DNA of 64,000 nucleotides. Source: a virus. The stretch is from positions 1 through 64,000 of IMG/VR virus record IMGVR_UViG_3300007619_000129. One strand, given 5' to 3'. Within the stretch, counting starts at the first letter, position 1; every line of letters starts with the position of its first letter. The notes below the pieces were generated by a model, which was not told the DNA's origin, did not search any database, and worked only from the letters and a program-made list of their open reading frames with translations. The translations under genes and the position numbers were made by a program. This document shows positions 1 to 8,928 of this stretch, in pieces.

Positions 1-316
1 CGTCTAACCACTCAATAGCTGGCAAATCATTATCTCTATGTATTTTTCCTTCTTTGTACCAACATTTTTCACCATCTGAATATTCAACAGCTGGCAAATC
101 ATTTTCCCTATGAAAAATGGCTTTACCCCAATCAAAATCTTTTATATCCAATTCTTCAGGATTCATTACCCAAACTTTAGTTCCTCTTGGAAATTCCAGC
201 ATTGTTGACTTTTCTTCAACAACTTTTCTTTCCTGCCCTCCACAACAAGTCAAACATGGACCATTTTCAAATAATCCAACATAAATCCCTGTTCCTTTAC
301 AGTCTTTGCAAATCAT
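1..316 (-). CDS. Partial hypothetical protein (runs off the window): N-terminal CxxC...CxxC plus HRxNDLPA repeats
   Basis: Not in ORF track. Hand translation from ATG 316: MICKDCKGTG...CLTCC...FHRENDLPAVEYSDGEKCWYKEGKIHRDNDLPAIEWLD, a repeat type common in large phages. Confidence 0.65.
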   Translation of the reverse strand, partial: MICKDCKGTGIYVGLFENGPCLTCCGGQERKVVEEKSTMLEFPRGTKVWVMNPEELDIKDFDWGKAIFHRENDLPAVEYSDGEKCWYKEGKIHRDNDLPAIEWLD

Positions 317-340
317 TTTAATATATGCTATCACATGTCC

Positions 341-943
341 CTATTGTTCGTTTAGTATTTCTTTACATTTTTCAACCAATTCAGACAAAATTATCTTTTT
401 ATCTCTATTTGCATTTACTGGCACCCCAATATCTTTATTATTTTTAAGCCAATCATTATAACAATTTCTAACCTTAAACTGAAAATCATTATCTGACTCA
501 TAACAATCGTCACCACGATCTTTTGTTTTAAACGATTTACCCTTAAAAACAAACACTAAATCTGGTATTACCAAATCCTCTGACAACATATTAAGAACAT
601 TGTCACTCAACCCAGAAGCCTTTCCATATACCCATCCCGAAACTGTCCATCTATCAAGTATCAAAAATTCTGTTCCACAACACTCATAATCTTTATACTT
701 CTCATTTTGCCATAAAAGCCTATTTGCATATTGTAGAGTCTGAAAAATCCTTGGGTATTTTGAAGCGTCTCCACTCTCAAGCATCTTATATATTTTTTTA
801 TATATATAACCATCATTATATGGTATTTCTACTGAATCACCATCTAAGTCCAAATCTCTCAATGCACTTAACAACAATTTCGTTTGCGTTTGTTTCCCTA
901 ATTTATCAGGACCTTCTATTACTATTATCTTTGGTTTTGACAT
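341..943 (-). CDS. tmk: Thymidylate kinase
   Basis: IEGPDKLGKQTQ P-loop, LILDRW motif, PDLVF; adjacent to DHFR and ThyA. Confidence 0.9.
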   Translation of the reverse strand: MSKPKIIVIEGPDKLGKQTQTKLLLSALRDLDLDGDSVEIPYNDGYIYKKIYKMLESGDASKYPRIFQTLQYANRLLWQNEKYKDYECCGTEFLILDRWTVSGWVYGKASGLSDNVLNMLSEDLVIPDLVFVFKGKSFKTKDRGDDCYESDNDFQFKVRNCYNDWLKNNKDIGVPVNANRDKKIILSELVEKCKEILNEQ

Positions 944-944
944 A

Positions 945-1445
945 TTAACGACTCTTTTCTAAAATTTCAAATCTATGAGGAATATTTTTTTCATTCTTAA
1001 ACCAAGGTGTTTTAAGGGTTGATTTCCATAAATCATTTAGCTGTGGGAAAAAAGTATCTCCTTCAAATTTTTCCTTTATGTGTGTTAGATATATTTTACC
1101 AGCCACTGGAAGAAAAAGACGATAAATTTCTTGACCCCCAATAACCATAAGTTCAGAAGATCCAAATTTGTGGCTCGCTGAATATACTGCGTCCTCCAAA
1201 GTAGAAACAACTAAACAGTCTGGAGATTCATATTTTTTTTGTCTAGTCATTATAATATTTCTTCTGTCTGGCAACACACCCCCAATTGATTCGTGGGTTT
1301 TTCTTCCCATAACAACAGATTTTCCTTTTGTATTAAGTTTAAAAAATTTAAAATCTAATGGACACTTACCATTCCACGGTATGTCATTGTCATTTCCTAT
1401 AACCCTGTTTTCTGTTGACATTGCTACAATAAGTGATATTAACAT
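945..1445 (-). CDS. folA: Dihydrofolate reductase
   Basis: LIVAM...VIG...IPW, VVMGRKTHES, LPDRRNII, VIGGQEIY, GDTFFP. Confidence 0.97.
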   Translation of the reverse strand: MLISLIVAMSTENRVIGNDNDIPWNGKCPLDFKFFKLNTKGKSVVMGRKTHESIGGVLPDRRNIIMTRQKKYESPDCLVVSTLEDAVYSASHKFGSSELMVIGGQEIYRLFLPVAGKIYLTHIKEKFEGDTFFPQLNDLWKSTLKTPWFKNEKNIPHRFEILEKSR

Positions 1446-1467
1446 TTTTATTCCTTTTGTTCTGTTT

Positions 1468-1704
1468 TTACTTTACTAGTTTTAAATTAACCACCAAATC
1501 ACACTCACAACCACAAGGAGTGTTGGTTATGTCTAATTCAGTAAATTCTAAATCAAAATCATCATATATTGCACTATTTATCTCTTCACTCCTTTCCGGT
1601 TCCTCTAACCAAAATTGGATATTTCCACATGACCTATGAGGACTACCGCTGATTATTTCTTTTTCGTATTTTTGAAGTTTTTTTATAAAGTCTTTTAGTT
1701 TCAT
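1468..1704 (-). CDS. Hypothetical protein
   Basis: 78-aa ORF in operon orientation with AAGGG upstream. Confidence 0.6.
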   Translation of the reverse strand: MKLKDFIKKLQKYEKEIISGSPHRSCGNIQFWLEEPERSEEINSAIYDDFDLEFTELDITNTPCGCECDLVVNLKLVK

Positions 1705-1735
1705 TATTTTTATACCCTTAAAAATTCTACATATC

Positions 1736-2539
1736 TCATACTGCTATTGGAGCCTTTATTCTAGATTGACATTTATAGTTCTGTAATTCAAAATCTTCAA
1801 ACTTAAAATCTTTTATATCTTTAACTTCAGGATTTATTTTCATTGTTGGCATAGGATATGGTTCTCTTCCTAATTGTTGCTTTACTTGAGTAAGATGATT
1901 AAGATAAATGTGTGCCGAACCCAAAGAATGAATAAACTTTCCAGGACTCAAATTGCAGACTTGAGCTATCATCATTGTTAAAAGTGCATAACTGGCGATA
2001 TTGAAAGGAATACCAAGGAACATATCAGCACTTCGTTGATATAATTTGCAATGCAATTTGTTATTTTGAACGTTCATTTGAAATAAACAATGACAAGGAG
2101 GAAGTTTCATATTTGGAATTTCCCTAACATTCCATGCTGAAACTATCATTCTCCTACTATCAGAACTGTTCTTAATTTCATTGATTAAATTACTTATCTG
2201 ATCTACTCCTCCCCAATTTCTCCATTGTGATCCATATATTGGTCCCAAATTTCCATTTTCGTCTGCCCACTCATCCCATATATGCACACCATTATCATTT
2301 AAATATTTTATATTTGTATCTCCCCCTAAAAACCAAATCAATTCATGAATTATTCCTTTCAAAAACATTTTTTTAGTTGTTAACAAAGGAAATCCTTTAG
2401 ATAGATCAAATTCCATTTGTGGACCAAATAACTCTAACATTCCAGTACCTGTTCTATCTCCCTTTTCTATTCCATTATCAAGTATTTTTTGCAAAAGATC
2501 TAAGTATTGTTCTTCTGAATGGTTCCGTTCTATAATCAT
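1736..2539 (-). CDS. thyA: Thymidylate synthase
   Basis: [19 protein letters not shown] catalytic Cys, QRSAD, PFNIASY, HIY. Confidence 0.98.
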   Translation of the reverse strand: MIIERNHSEEQYLDLLQKILDNGIEKGDRTGTGMLELFGPQMEFDLSKGFPLLTTKKMFLKGIIHELIWFLGGDTNIKYLNDNGVHIWDEWADENGNLGPIYGSQWRNWGGVDQISNLINEIKNSSDSRRMIVSAWNVREIPNMKLPPCHCLFQMNVQNNKLHCKLYQRSADMFLGIPFNIASYALLTMMIAQVCNLSPGKFIHSLGSAHIYLNHLTQVKQQLGREPYPMPTMKINPEVKDIKDFKFEDFELQNYKCQSRIKAPIAV

Positions 2540-2552
2540 GAAATATTATAGC

Positions 2553-2927
2553 TCATTCAATCCACATTCTATGGATAAAATGAGACCATTTTTTTTCAAT
2601 TCCAATATACTGAAGTATATAATCCGTAGTTTGATCCCTATCATATAAATTCTCTGAAAATATCTCTATACTAAATCTTCTCGTATCAAAATCAGACAAA
2701 ACATTAATATGTCCACTTTCTAAAAAGCAAAATGTTCTAACTTTATTACGTGACATTATGTCTCTTTGTGGTTTTGTTTTTATTTTTTCTTTTATTTTTT
2801 TTGTAACATCATCAAAAAAAGCAAGAACGAATTTTTCATTTCTTGCTTTCTCAATTGAGTCTTTTTTTATAATTCCATCTAAAATAAGGTGATAACCCAA
2901 ATACTCTAATGAATTACTTACCCACAT
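2553..2927 (-). CDS. S-adenosylmethionine decarboxylase-fold protein with degenerate active site
   Basis: GYHLILDG N-terminus, ~120-aa size, FLESGHINVLS...SIEIFS aligning to the LxESHISIHT...DxFxC motif. Confidence 0.55.
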   Translation of the reverse strand: MWVSNSLEYLGYHLILDGIIKKDSIEKARNEKFVLAFFDDVTKKIKEKIKTKPQRDIMSRNKVRTFCFLESGHINVLSDFDTRRFSIEIFSENLYDRDQTTDYILQYIGIEKKWSHFIHRMWIE

Positions 2928-3532
2928 TTAGAATACCCACAATCTAAACACAATAAACAACCTTCTTGATAAGTCATATTTTCCCCACTACAACTGTCGC
3001 ACTTTTTGTTAACTTTTGTTCCATCTTCAATGTATTTCTTTAATACTCTTGCTATGGTTTTATTAAAACTAAATAAATCTGCATCTTTATCTCTTCCTAA
3101 TTGTTCAGAAAGAAAATTTATTTGAATACCATGTCTTAAACTTAAGCTTATCATTCTTGTCATAACTGAATGATCTCCGTTGTCAAAAGTCTTGACGACA
3201 TCCTTGATTACCCACTTATCATCTCCATCCCCCAAAATCAAGTCATATTTTCCACCACTCTTAAATCTTCTCTTCTTTATTAGTCCATTTTCATACTTTT
3301 TAGGAATTTCAATTGTTTCTGATAGTCCACCAAATAACTCATATGGTTTGTTATTATAAATACCAACAAGAAAAAGCCATTCTTCTCCCTTCATTTTTGA
3401 TCGGTGTATTTCACACGGCAAATATTCTGGCCTCTTTGGAGAAGAATGGTGTATTATTTCATTTGGAAAATCTTTTTCAATTTTGTGAAAAGATATTATT
3501 TGTTTTTCGATTTTAATCTTCTTCATTTTCAT
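2918..3532 (-). CDS. nrdJb: Class II ribonucleotide reductase, C-terminal part (NrdJb; TSCPD-like domain plus Zn ribbon)
   Basis: KRPEYL, KPYELF, TRMISLSLRHG, IARVLKKY, CDSC...QEGCLLCLDCGYSKCG terminus. Confidence 0.9.
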   Translation of the reverse strand: MKMKKIKIEKQIISFHKIEKDFPNEIIHHSSPKRPEYLPCEIHRSKMKGEEWLFLVGIYNNKPYELFGGLSETIEIPKKYENGLIKKRRFKSGGKYDLILGDGDDKWVIKDVVKTFDNGDHSVMTRMISLSLRHGIQINFLSEQLGRDKDADLFSFNKTIARVLKKYIEDGTKVNKKCDSCSGENMTYQEGCLLCLDCGYSKCG

Positions 3533-3686
3533 TAGCGTAAATCGCCCTCTCTTGTCCTATTGCGTCTTTTTTTGTGTCGTGCTTTCCTAATATTTTTGAT
3601 CCGTCTTTAGTATATAAACACCATTTTGAACCACACTTCCTTATGGTTTCAGATATAAATCTTCTCAATAACTTTTTTAATTTCAT
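3513..3686 (-). CDS. Small basic protein, possibly virion-associated (57 aa)
   Basis: Not in track. MKLKKLLRRFISETIRKCGSKWCLYTKDGSKILGKHDTKKDAIGQERAIYANENEED; AGGA upstream. Confidence 0.65.
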   Translation of the reverse strand: MKLKKLLRRFISETIRKCGSKWCLYTKDGSKILGKHDTKKDAIGQERAIYANENEED

Positions 3687-3703
3687 AAAAAATTAATTCC
3701 TAT

Positions 3704-3949
3704 TCATAATATTTTTTCTTTTTTAGTAGCATAAAAATTTGGTACGGCTTCTACACAAATTGTAAATCTATATTTTTCTCCGGAAGGACATTTTACAATA
3801 ATTGGGTGTCCATTATCATAAATTCCGTCCATTAATCCGTCAGAATCTTCATCTGCATATTCTTCTGCTGCATATTCAGGGCAATAAGCCTCAAACGCAT
3901 CAGCACACTCTTCATCTGAATTCAACTCATCCCAAACTAAATATTTCAT
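3704..3949 (-). CDS. Small acidic hypothetical protein
   Basis: 81 aa, ATGA overlap with the nrdJa stop, D/E-rich N-terminal half. Confidence 0.7.
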   Translation of the reverse strand: MKYLVWDELNSDEECADAFEAYCPEYAAEEYADEDSDGLMDGIYDNGHPIIVKCPSGEKYRFTICVEAVPNFYATKKEKIL

Positions 3950-6015
3950 AAATCTAAAGCCTCTTTTAAATCTTCAACCTTAATTCTTTTATCGTTATAC
4001 TCTATAATTGTTCCTTCTTCAACGGACACTATGCTTCCATCTTCTAAAATAACTTCATACATCATTCCATTTGATTTATTGTCTTCGGAAATTTGTGTTA
4101 ATACACCATCTCTTGACCCCTCTCTATATACAGTAATCCCCTTAACCCCTGATTTCCATGCTTCTTCATATATTTCTTGTACTGTTTCCCAAGAAACATC
4201 TTCTGGAAGATTAACTGTAGAACTAATACTATGATCAACCCATTTCTGACAACTAGCCTGTAATTTAACTCTTGACAACCAATCTATTTCATAAGCAGTA
4301 GAACCAAAATAAGGAGATTTTTCAATTTCTTTATCTCCAGTTATTTCCATCCATTTTTTTAGTCCATTATGATAAACAACATATTCTATCCACTTATCCC
4401 CATTTGCATCAATTTTTTTATATTTTTCTCCATCCCTAACTTTTCTGCTTCTATTGTATTTTAGTAAATACACAGGCTCTATACCAGATGATGTTCTTGC
4501 TAATATTGAAGTGCTTCCAGTAGGAGCCGTTGTTAATAGAGCTATATTCCTTCTTCCATATTTCTTATAAATGTCATTTAACTTCTTGTCTTCTTTCATT
4601 ACTCTTTTTATAAAAGAATTATTTTTTTCTTTTTCATAAGAATAAATCTTAAATGGACCTCTGTCTCTTGCCATTTCACAAGAAGAATAATAAGCCCCCA
4701 AACAAAGTGTTTTATAAATTTTTTCTGCTATCTCTATACTCTCCTCTGTTCCATATTTTATTCCCAATGATGCAATCGTGTCTCCCAATGCAGTTATCCC
4801 TAAGCCTGTTCTTCTTGCTTCTTCACAAGTTCTTTTCATTCCTATCCAATGATCTTTTTCTATTTGTTTTATTTTTGGATCTTCAGGATCTTTTTCAATT
4901 TTTTCAATTATACGATCTATGTGTTCTGATTCAATGTCAACCAAATCATCCATTAATTTTTGTGCCTTTTTAGAAACTAAAAAGAATTTTTCAAAATCAA
5001 ATTCTGCACCTTTTGTAAATGGACTATTAACAAAGTTTAATAAATTTACCAATAATAATCTACATGAATCGGCAGTTAAGTCAGGAGATCCCATAAAGAT
5101 TTCACTACAAGGATTACTACTTGTAGATCTATACCCCTCATAAGATTCAGAAGGACAATATTTCTTAACGTTGTTCCAGAACATTAGTCCTGGCTCTGAT
5201 GAGTCTCTAGCCATTTTACAGATATCGTCCCAAAGCTCTTTAGCATCACACTTTTCACTGATGTCTGGATCATCACTTTCAACTGGCCACCTTAATTGAA
5301 ATTTTTTATTATTTTTAGCTGCATTAAGAAACTCATCTGTTAATCTAACTGAAACATTCGCCCCTGTTACTCTTGTTCTTTCTTCATGTCCACACTTTCT
5401 ACATTCTGTTTTATCGTCTTTAATTGAAATAAATTTTCTAATTTCTGGATGATGAACACTCAAACTTATCATAAGAGCTCCACGCCTCCCACTTTGTGCC
5501 ACTTCTCTTGTAGAATTTGAATATCTTTCCATAAAAATACCAATTCCATCTGTAGTCCCAGAAGCATTTTTAGTTGGCAGTCCTTTTGGTCTAATGTTTG
5601 AAATGTCAAATCCAACGCCACACCTTCGTTTGCATGCTTGAACCAAAAGTTGATCAACATACAATATTCCTCCATAGGAATCAACCGGTGGACTAACAAC
5701 TACACAATTAGAAGTTGATTCTATTCTATAGGGATTTCCTATAGCACTCATTGGACTACCCTGTGGAATAATATACCTAAAGTCTTTTAAATATCCATAA
5801 ATCTCATCTTCACTCATCGCATTTGGATATTTGGATTCAATACGAGCAAATTCTCTAGCCAACCTTCTATGCATATCGTCTGGTGTTTTTTCATAATAAT
5901 TTTTCCCGTCCGTTAAACAATATTTAAAAAAAACATCAGCTGCTAACTCATCACCATCAAAATATGCTAATGTAGCATTTCTAACTTCCTCTCTCGTATA
6001 TTTTTTCATGTTCAA
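3946..6015 (-). CDS. nrdJa: Class II (B12-dependent) ribonucleotide reductase, catalytic part (NrdJa)
   Basis: SNCVV, GVGFD, GRRGALM, GANVSV, SEPG, SNPCSE, RRTGLG, APTGS, TSSGIEP, SISSTVN, KGITVYREGSR. Confidence 0.93.
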   Translation of the reverse strand: MNMKKYTREEVRNATLAYFDGDELAADVFFKYCLTDGKNYYEKTPDDMHRRLAREFARIESKYPNAMSEDEIYGYLKDFRYIIPQGSPMSAIGNPYRIESTSNCVVVSPPVDSYGGILYVDQLLVQACKRRCGVGFDISNIRPKGLPTKNASGTTDGIGIFMERYSNSTREVAQSGRRGALMISLSVHHPEIRKFISIKDDKTECRKCGHEERTRVTGANVSVRLTDEFLNAAKNNKKFQLRWPVESDDPDISEKCDAKELWDDICKMARDSSEPGLMFWNNVKKYCPSESYEGYRSTSSNPCSEIFMGSPDLTADSCRLLLVNLLNFVNSPFTKGAEFDFEKFFLVSKKAQKLMDDLVDIESEHIDRIIEKIEKDPEDPKIKQIEKDHWIGMKRTCEEARRTGLGITALGDTIASLGIKYGTEESIEIAEKIYKTLCLGAYYSSCEMARDRGPFKIYSYEKEKNNSFIKRVMKEDKKLNDIYKKYGRRNIALLTTAPTGSTSILARTSSGIEPVYLLKYNRSRKVRDGEKYKKIDANGDKWIEYVVYHNGLKKWMEITGDKEIEKSPYFGSTAYEIDWLSRVKLQASCQKWVDHSISSTVNLPEDVSWETVQEIYEEAWKSGVKGITVYREGSRDGVLTQISEDNKSNGMMYEVILEDGSIVSVEEGTIIEYNDKRIKVEDLKEALDL

Positions 6016-7478
6016 TGTACCACCTTTTCTCCATCAAGGGAATCTAATTTATTTAATTCTTTACTTTTTGCTTTTTCTCTAGCCCTTTTTATATTGTTTT
6101 TTATTTCTTTTTCTTGATCACCAAAAGCTTCCGGTAATTCTTCGTCTGATACCACTCTGAATCTCGAAACCCTTCTATCAATAAACATATTGAACAATAA
6201 TCCGTCAGCATTATCTCTACTCTTTGCTATATGAAGTTTACCAAATCCAAAGGACTTCTTTTTAAGATCCATACCGAAACCCAAAATTATGTCGGGATCA
6301 TCTGATCTGCTATATCCTTCTGCACAATGTTGAATTGTGATAATTAAATCACTTCCATTTGAACCGTCCTTATTAGACTGAAATGCCGTCCAGAGAGGAC
6401 AATTAAATTCCTTGGCAAGATTACGTAGATTTTGATTAATCCTTTTCAGTTCGTGTCTGGTTTGATTGGTGTCAAAATTTTCTGTAGCCCTCATATTGTC
6501 AGCATAGTCAACAACAATAAGGTCGGGAATAAAATTGTCTTTTAATTTTAATCTTTGTAAATGAGCCCTAAGGGTTGTTGAATTAACTTGACCTAAACCA
6601 TATTGAGCAATCTTAAGCCTTCCACATTTTTCTACCAACAATTCTTTTGTGTATATTTCAGCTACTTCATCTTTTCTTTCACAAATTTCTTTACTGTTTA
6701 TTCCAGTAAGCCAAGCATCATATCTTCTACCTACTTTAGTTTCGTCCATTTCAAAAGTATAATGAACAACATTATAACCCTTATATAGTGCATAAGCCCC
6801 AACCTGTACTAGCCAATGCGATTTCCCCACACCTTTTGGCGCCATAAAAACACCGAGCTCACCCCTGCCAAGTCCACCATCAAGAACATTTTTGTCATCC
6901 AATTCTGGAATTCCTGTAGGAATAGTGCTTCGATGCCCTTCAGACCATCTCTGTTCTTTATCTCTAAAAAAATCATGTCCATTTGGAATCTCCTGACCTA
7001 CAGTAACAGCTTTTTTAAACAACGTTTCTATTTCATCATATTTTCCTTGCTTCACCAAATCAACACATTGTTCAATAGCTTCAGCAAATGCTTGATTTTT
7101 ACAAAATTTATGAGATTGTTCTTGAACAAATGGTAAGTCTGACAATTCAGGATTGTTTCTAATCTCCTTGAAAAAATTTACTACTTTTTTTGTTAATTTT
7201 TTATCGTCTTCATCTTTTAATGATTCTTTTATTATTGTTTTAAGCATCCTTTGAGAAGGATATGCCCCATATTTCTTATAATATGAAAGGTGCTTATCAA
7301 CAATATACTGTAAATATTGTAAATCAAAATATGAAGCCTTCATCATCTCATAAACTTGTTCAGACCAATTATGATCAACAATCATTGCTTGTACAACTTT
7401 CTTTTGGAAGTCTTCTCCAAAATTGGCAAATATAGCTTCACCTTCATCTAAACCATTATCTTCTATGTCAATTGTCAT
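6012..7478 (-). CDS. Replicative DNA helicase (DnaB/T4 gp41 family)
   Basis: Walker A APKGVGKS, YTFEM, IVVDYAD, WTAFQSN, AKSR. Confidence 0.92.
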   Translation of the reverse strand: MTIDIEDNGLDEGEAIFANFGEDFQKKVVQAMIVDHNWSEQVYEMMKASYFDLQYLQYIVDKHLSYYKKYGAYPSQRMLKTIIKESLKDEDDKKLTKKVVNFFKEIRNNPELSDLPFVQEQSHKFCKNQAFAEAIEQCVDLVKQGKYDEIETLFKKAVTVGQEIPNGHDFFRDKEQRWSEGHRSTIPTGIPELDDKNVLDGGLGRGELGVFMAPKGVGKSHWLVQVGAYALYKGYNVVHYTFEMDETKVGRRYDAWLTGINSKEICERKDEVAEIYTKELLVEKCGRLKIAQYGLGQVNSTTLRAHLQRLKLKDNFIPDLIVVDYADNMRATENFDTNQTRHELKRINQNLRNLAKEFNCPLWTAFQSNKDGSNGSDLIITIQHCAEGYSRSDDPDIILGFGMDLKKKSFGFGKLHIAKSRDNADGLLFNMFIDRRVSRFRVVSDEELPEAFGDQEKEIKNNIKRAREKAKSKELNKLDSLDGEKVVH

Positions 7479-7484
7479 ATATTT

Positions 7485-8465
7485 TTACACCGTAAAATGA
7501 GAAAATCCACCCATAAATAAATTTGTGTCTATTGCTTGTTCTAATTGAAATTTTCTCCTTACCTTGATTAATCTGAATTTGCTCTTCTTTGGCTTATATG
7601 AATCTATTATCTTGTTTATTTTATTTATTTGTTGAATAGACAACATCGCCGTATCAAGATACATGAGCTTCCAATTTCTCCTAACTATATCAGAATTACT
7701 TTTAATTCTTTGATGAATTTTTAATTTAGCCGCTTTCTTATCAGTGACCATCTTTTGTTCATTTAGTGTAAGTAGTTCCTCTACACTAGTTTCGTGGTCA
7801 CTTCCTAAAATTGGAAATTTTTTAGGCAAATTCTTGAAACCAACCCTATCAATTCCCTTAATGTTGTCAGATGAATCCCCACAAAATGCTTTTGCAACAC
7901 AAAAGTTTTTTGCTGTAATGTCAAATTCTTTTTTTACGTCTTCTTCATAAATAAAAATTTTCTTTCCAGGAGAATAAATCCAAGTATTACTATCTAATAA
8001 CTGATAATAGTCCTTATCAGAAGATACTATTATTTTTTTATTGTTTTTAAATCTATTTCTACACAAATACCCAATAACATCGTCAGCTTCACAATTGGGA
8101 ACGTATATCTGACAAACCGGAACTGTTTTCAATAATTTTACAGCAACAATTTTTTGTTGCATTTCATTTTCCGGAGAATCAGGAATGTCTTTTCCATAAA
8201 ACCTGTTCATCTTCTTAGGTTTTCTGTTTGCCTTATATTCAGGATATATTGCCCTTCTTTTTTTAGACCCACCTGACTCCCAAACCATATAAATATTTTT
8301 TGGCTTTAACTGTCTTGAAATCCTTGAAACTAAAGAAGCAGTTCCTACAGCACCACCCATTAATTCACCCTCAGTAGACATCAATGGATTACCAAGATAA
8401 TTTCTTGTAAAAACACTCAACCCATCAATTAATAAGATGGTTTCTTTATCGTCCGGAACTCCCAA
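7485..8465 (-). CDS. 5'-3' exonuclease / flap endonuclease (T4 RNase H-like)
   Basis: LLIDG, YPEYKANR, EADDVI, SSDKDYYQL, GDSSDNIKGI. Confidence 0.92.
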   Translation of the reverse strand: MGVPDDKETILLIDGLSVFTRNYLGNPLMSTEGELMGGAVGTASLVSRISRQLKPKNIYMVWESGGSKKRRAIYPEYKANRKPKKMNRFYGKDIPDSPENEMQQKIVAVKLLKTVPVCQIYVPNCEADDVIGYLCRNRFKNNKKIIVSSDKDYYQLLDSNTWIYSPGKKIFIYEEDVKKEFDITAKNFCVAKAFCGDSSDNIKGIDRVGFKNLPKKFPILGSDHETSVEELLTLNEQKMVTDKKAAKLKIHQRIKSNSDIVRRNWKLMYLDTAMLSIQQINKINKIIDSYKPKKSKFRLIKVRRKFQLEQAIDTNLFMGGFSHFTV

Positions 8466-8928
8466 ACCCCTTATCTCCTCTTTCGCTTTTTTCCTGCCAA
8501 TTTACCTCTTTTACGCAAACTTCATGAGCATCTGTATTCGCCAACACTAATTCAAAAACTATTTGAGCAACTTTGTCTCCCTCTTCAACCCAATACCCTT
8601 TTTTGCTTCCATTATATAAACAAATCTTAAAATCCCCACGATAACTCCTATCAATTACTCCACCAATAGGAAATATACTCTTTGTAGCCAATCCTGACCT
8701 TCCTTTTATTTGCGAATTTATTGAATATGGAAGATAAGGGTTGTTTTTATAATATGGTGTTGTGGCAAAAGATATTCCGGTTGATATTAGGGTTGTTTCT
8801 TGTGGTAGCAAATATTGTCTCGCTACTGAATATAAATCCCAACCTGAATCGTCTTTATTTTGTGTTGGCAATTTTGCTCTTTCGTCTAATTTTTTTATAA
8901 AAATTGTAGTTAAATGTTTTTTTATCAT
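8446..8928 (-). CDS. dut: Trimeric dUTPase
   Basis: SGWDL, GRSGLA, GVIDRSYRG, RGDKGFGSSG. Confidence 0.95.
   Translation of the reverse strand: MIKKHLTTIFIKKLDERAKLPTQNKDDSGWDLYSVARQYLLPQETTLISTGISFATTPYYKNNPYLPYSINSQIKGRSGLATKSIFPIGGVIDRSYRGDFKICLYNGSKKGYWVEEGDKVAQIVFELVLANTDAHEVCVKEVNWQEKSERGDKGFGSSGR

Noticed and set aside
1736-2539. Thymidylate synthase homolog making a modified base (dCMP hydroxymethylase type)
   Set aside because: It retains the dUMP-specifying Asn (PFNIASY) and is a canonical ThyA alongside DHFR, Tmk and dUTPase
3533-3945. Group I intron interrupting nrdJ
   Set aside because: The gap is filled by two ordinary ORFs, and no intron core elements were recognised
3480-4080. 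Split intein joining NrdJa and NrdJb (YEVILEDG resembles intein block B and MKKIKI resembles an IntC start)
   Set aside because: No Cys/Ser block A, no TxxH, and no HN/C-S-T junction, so it cannot splice; a docking module fits better
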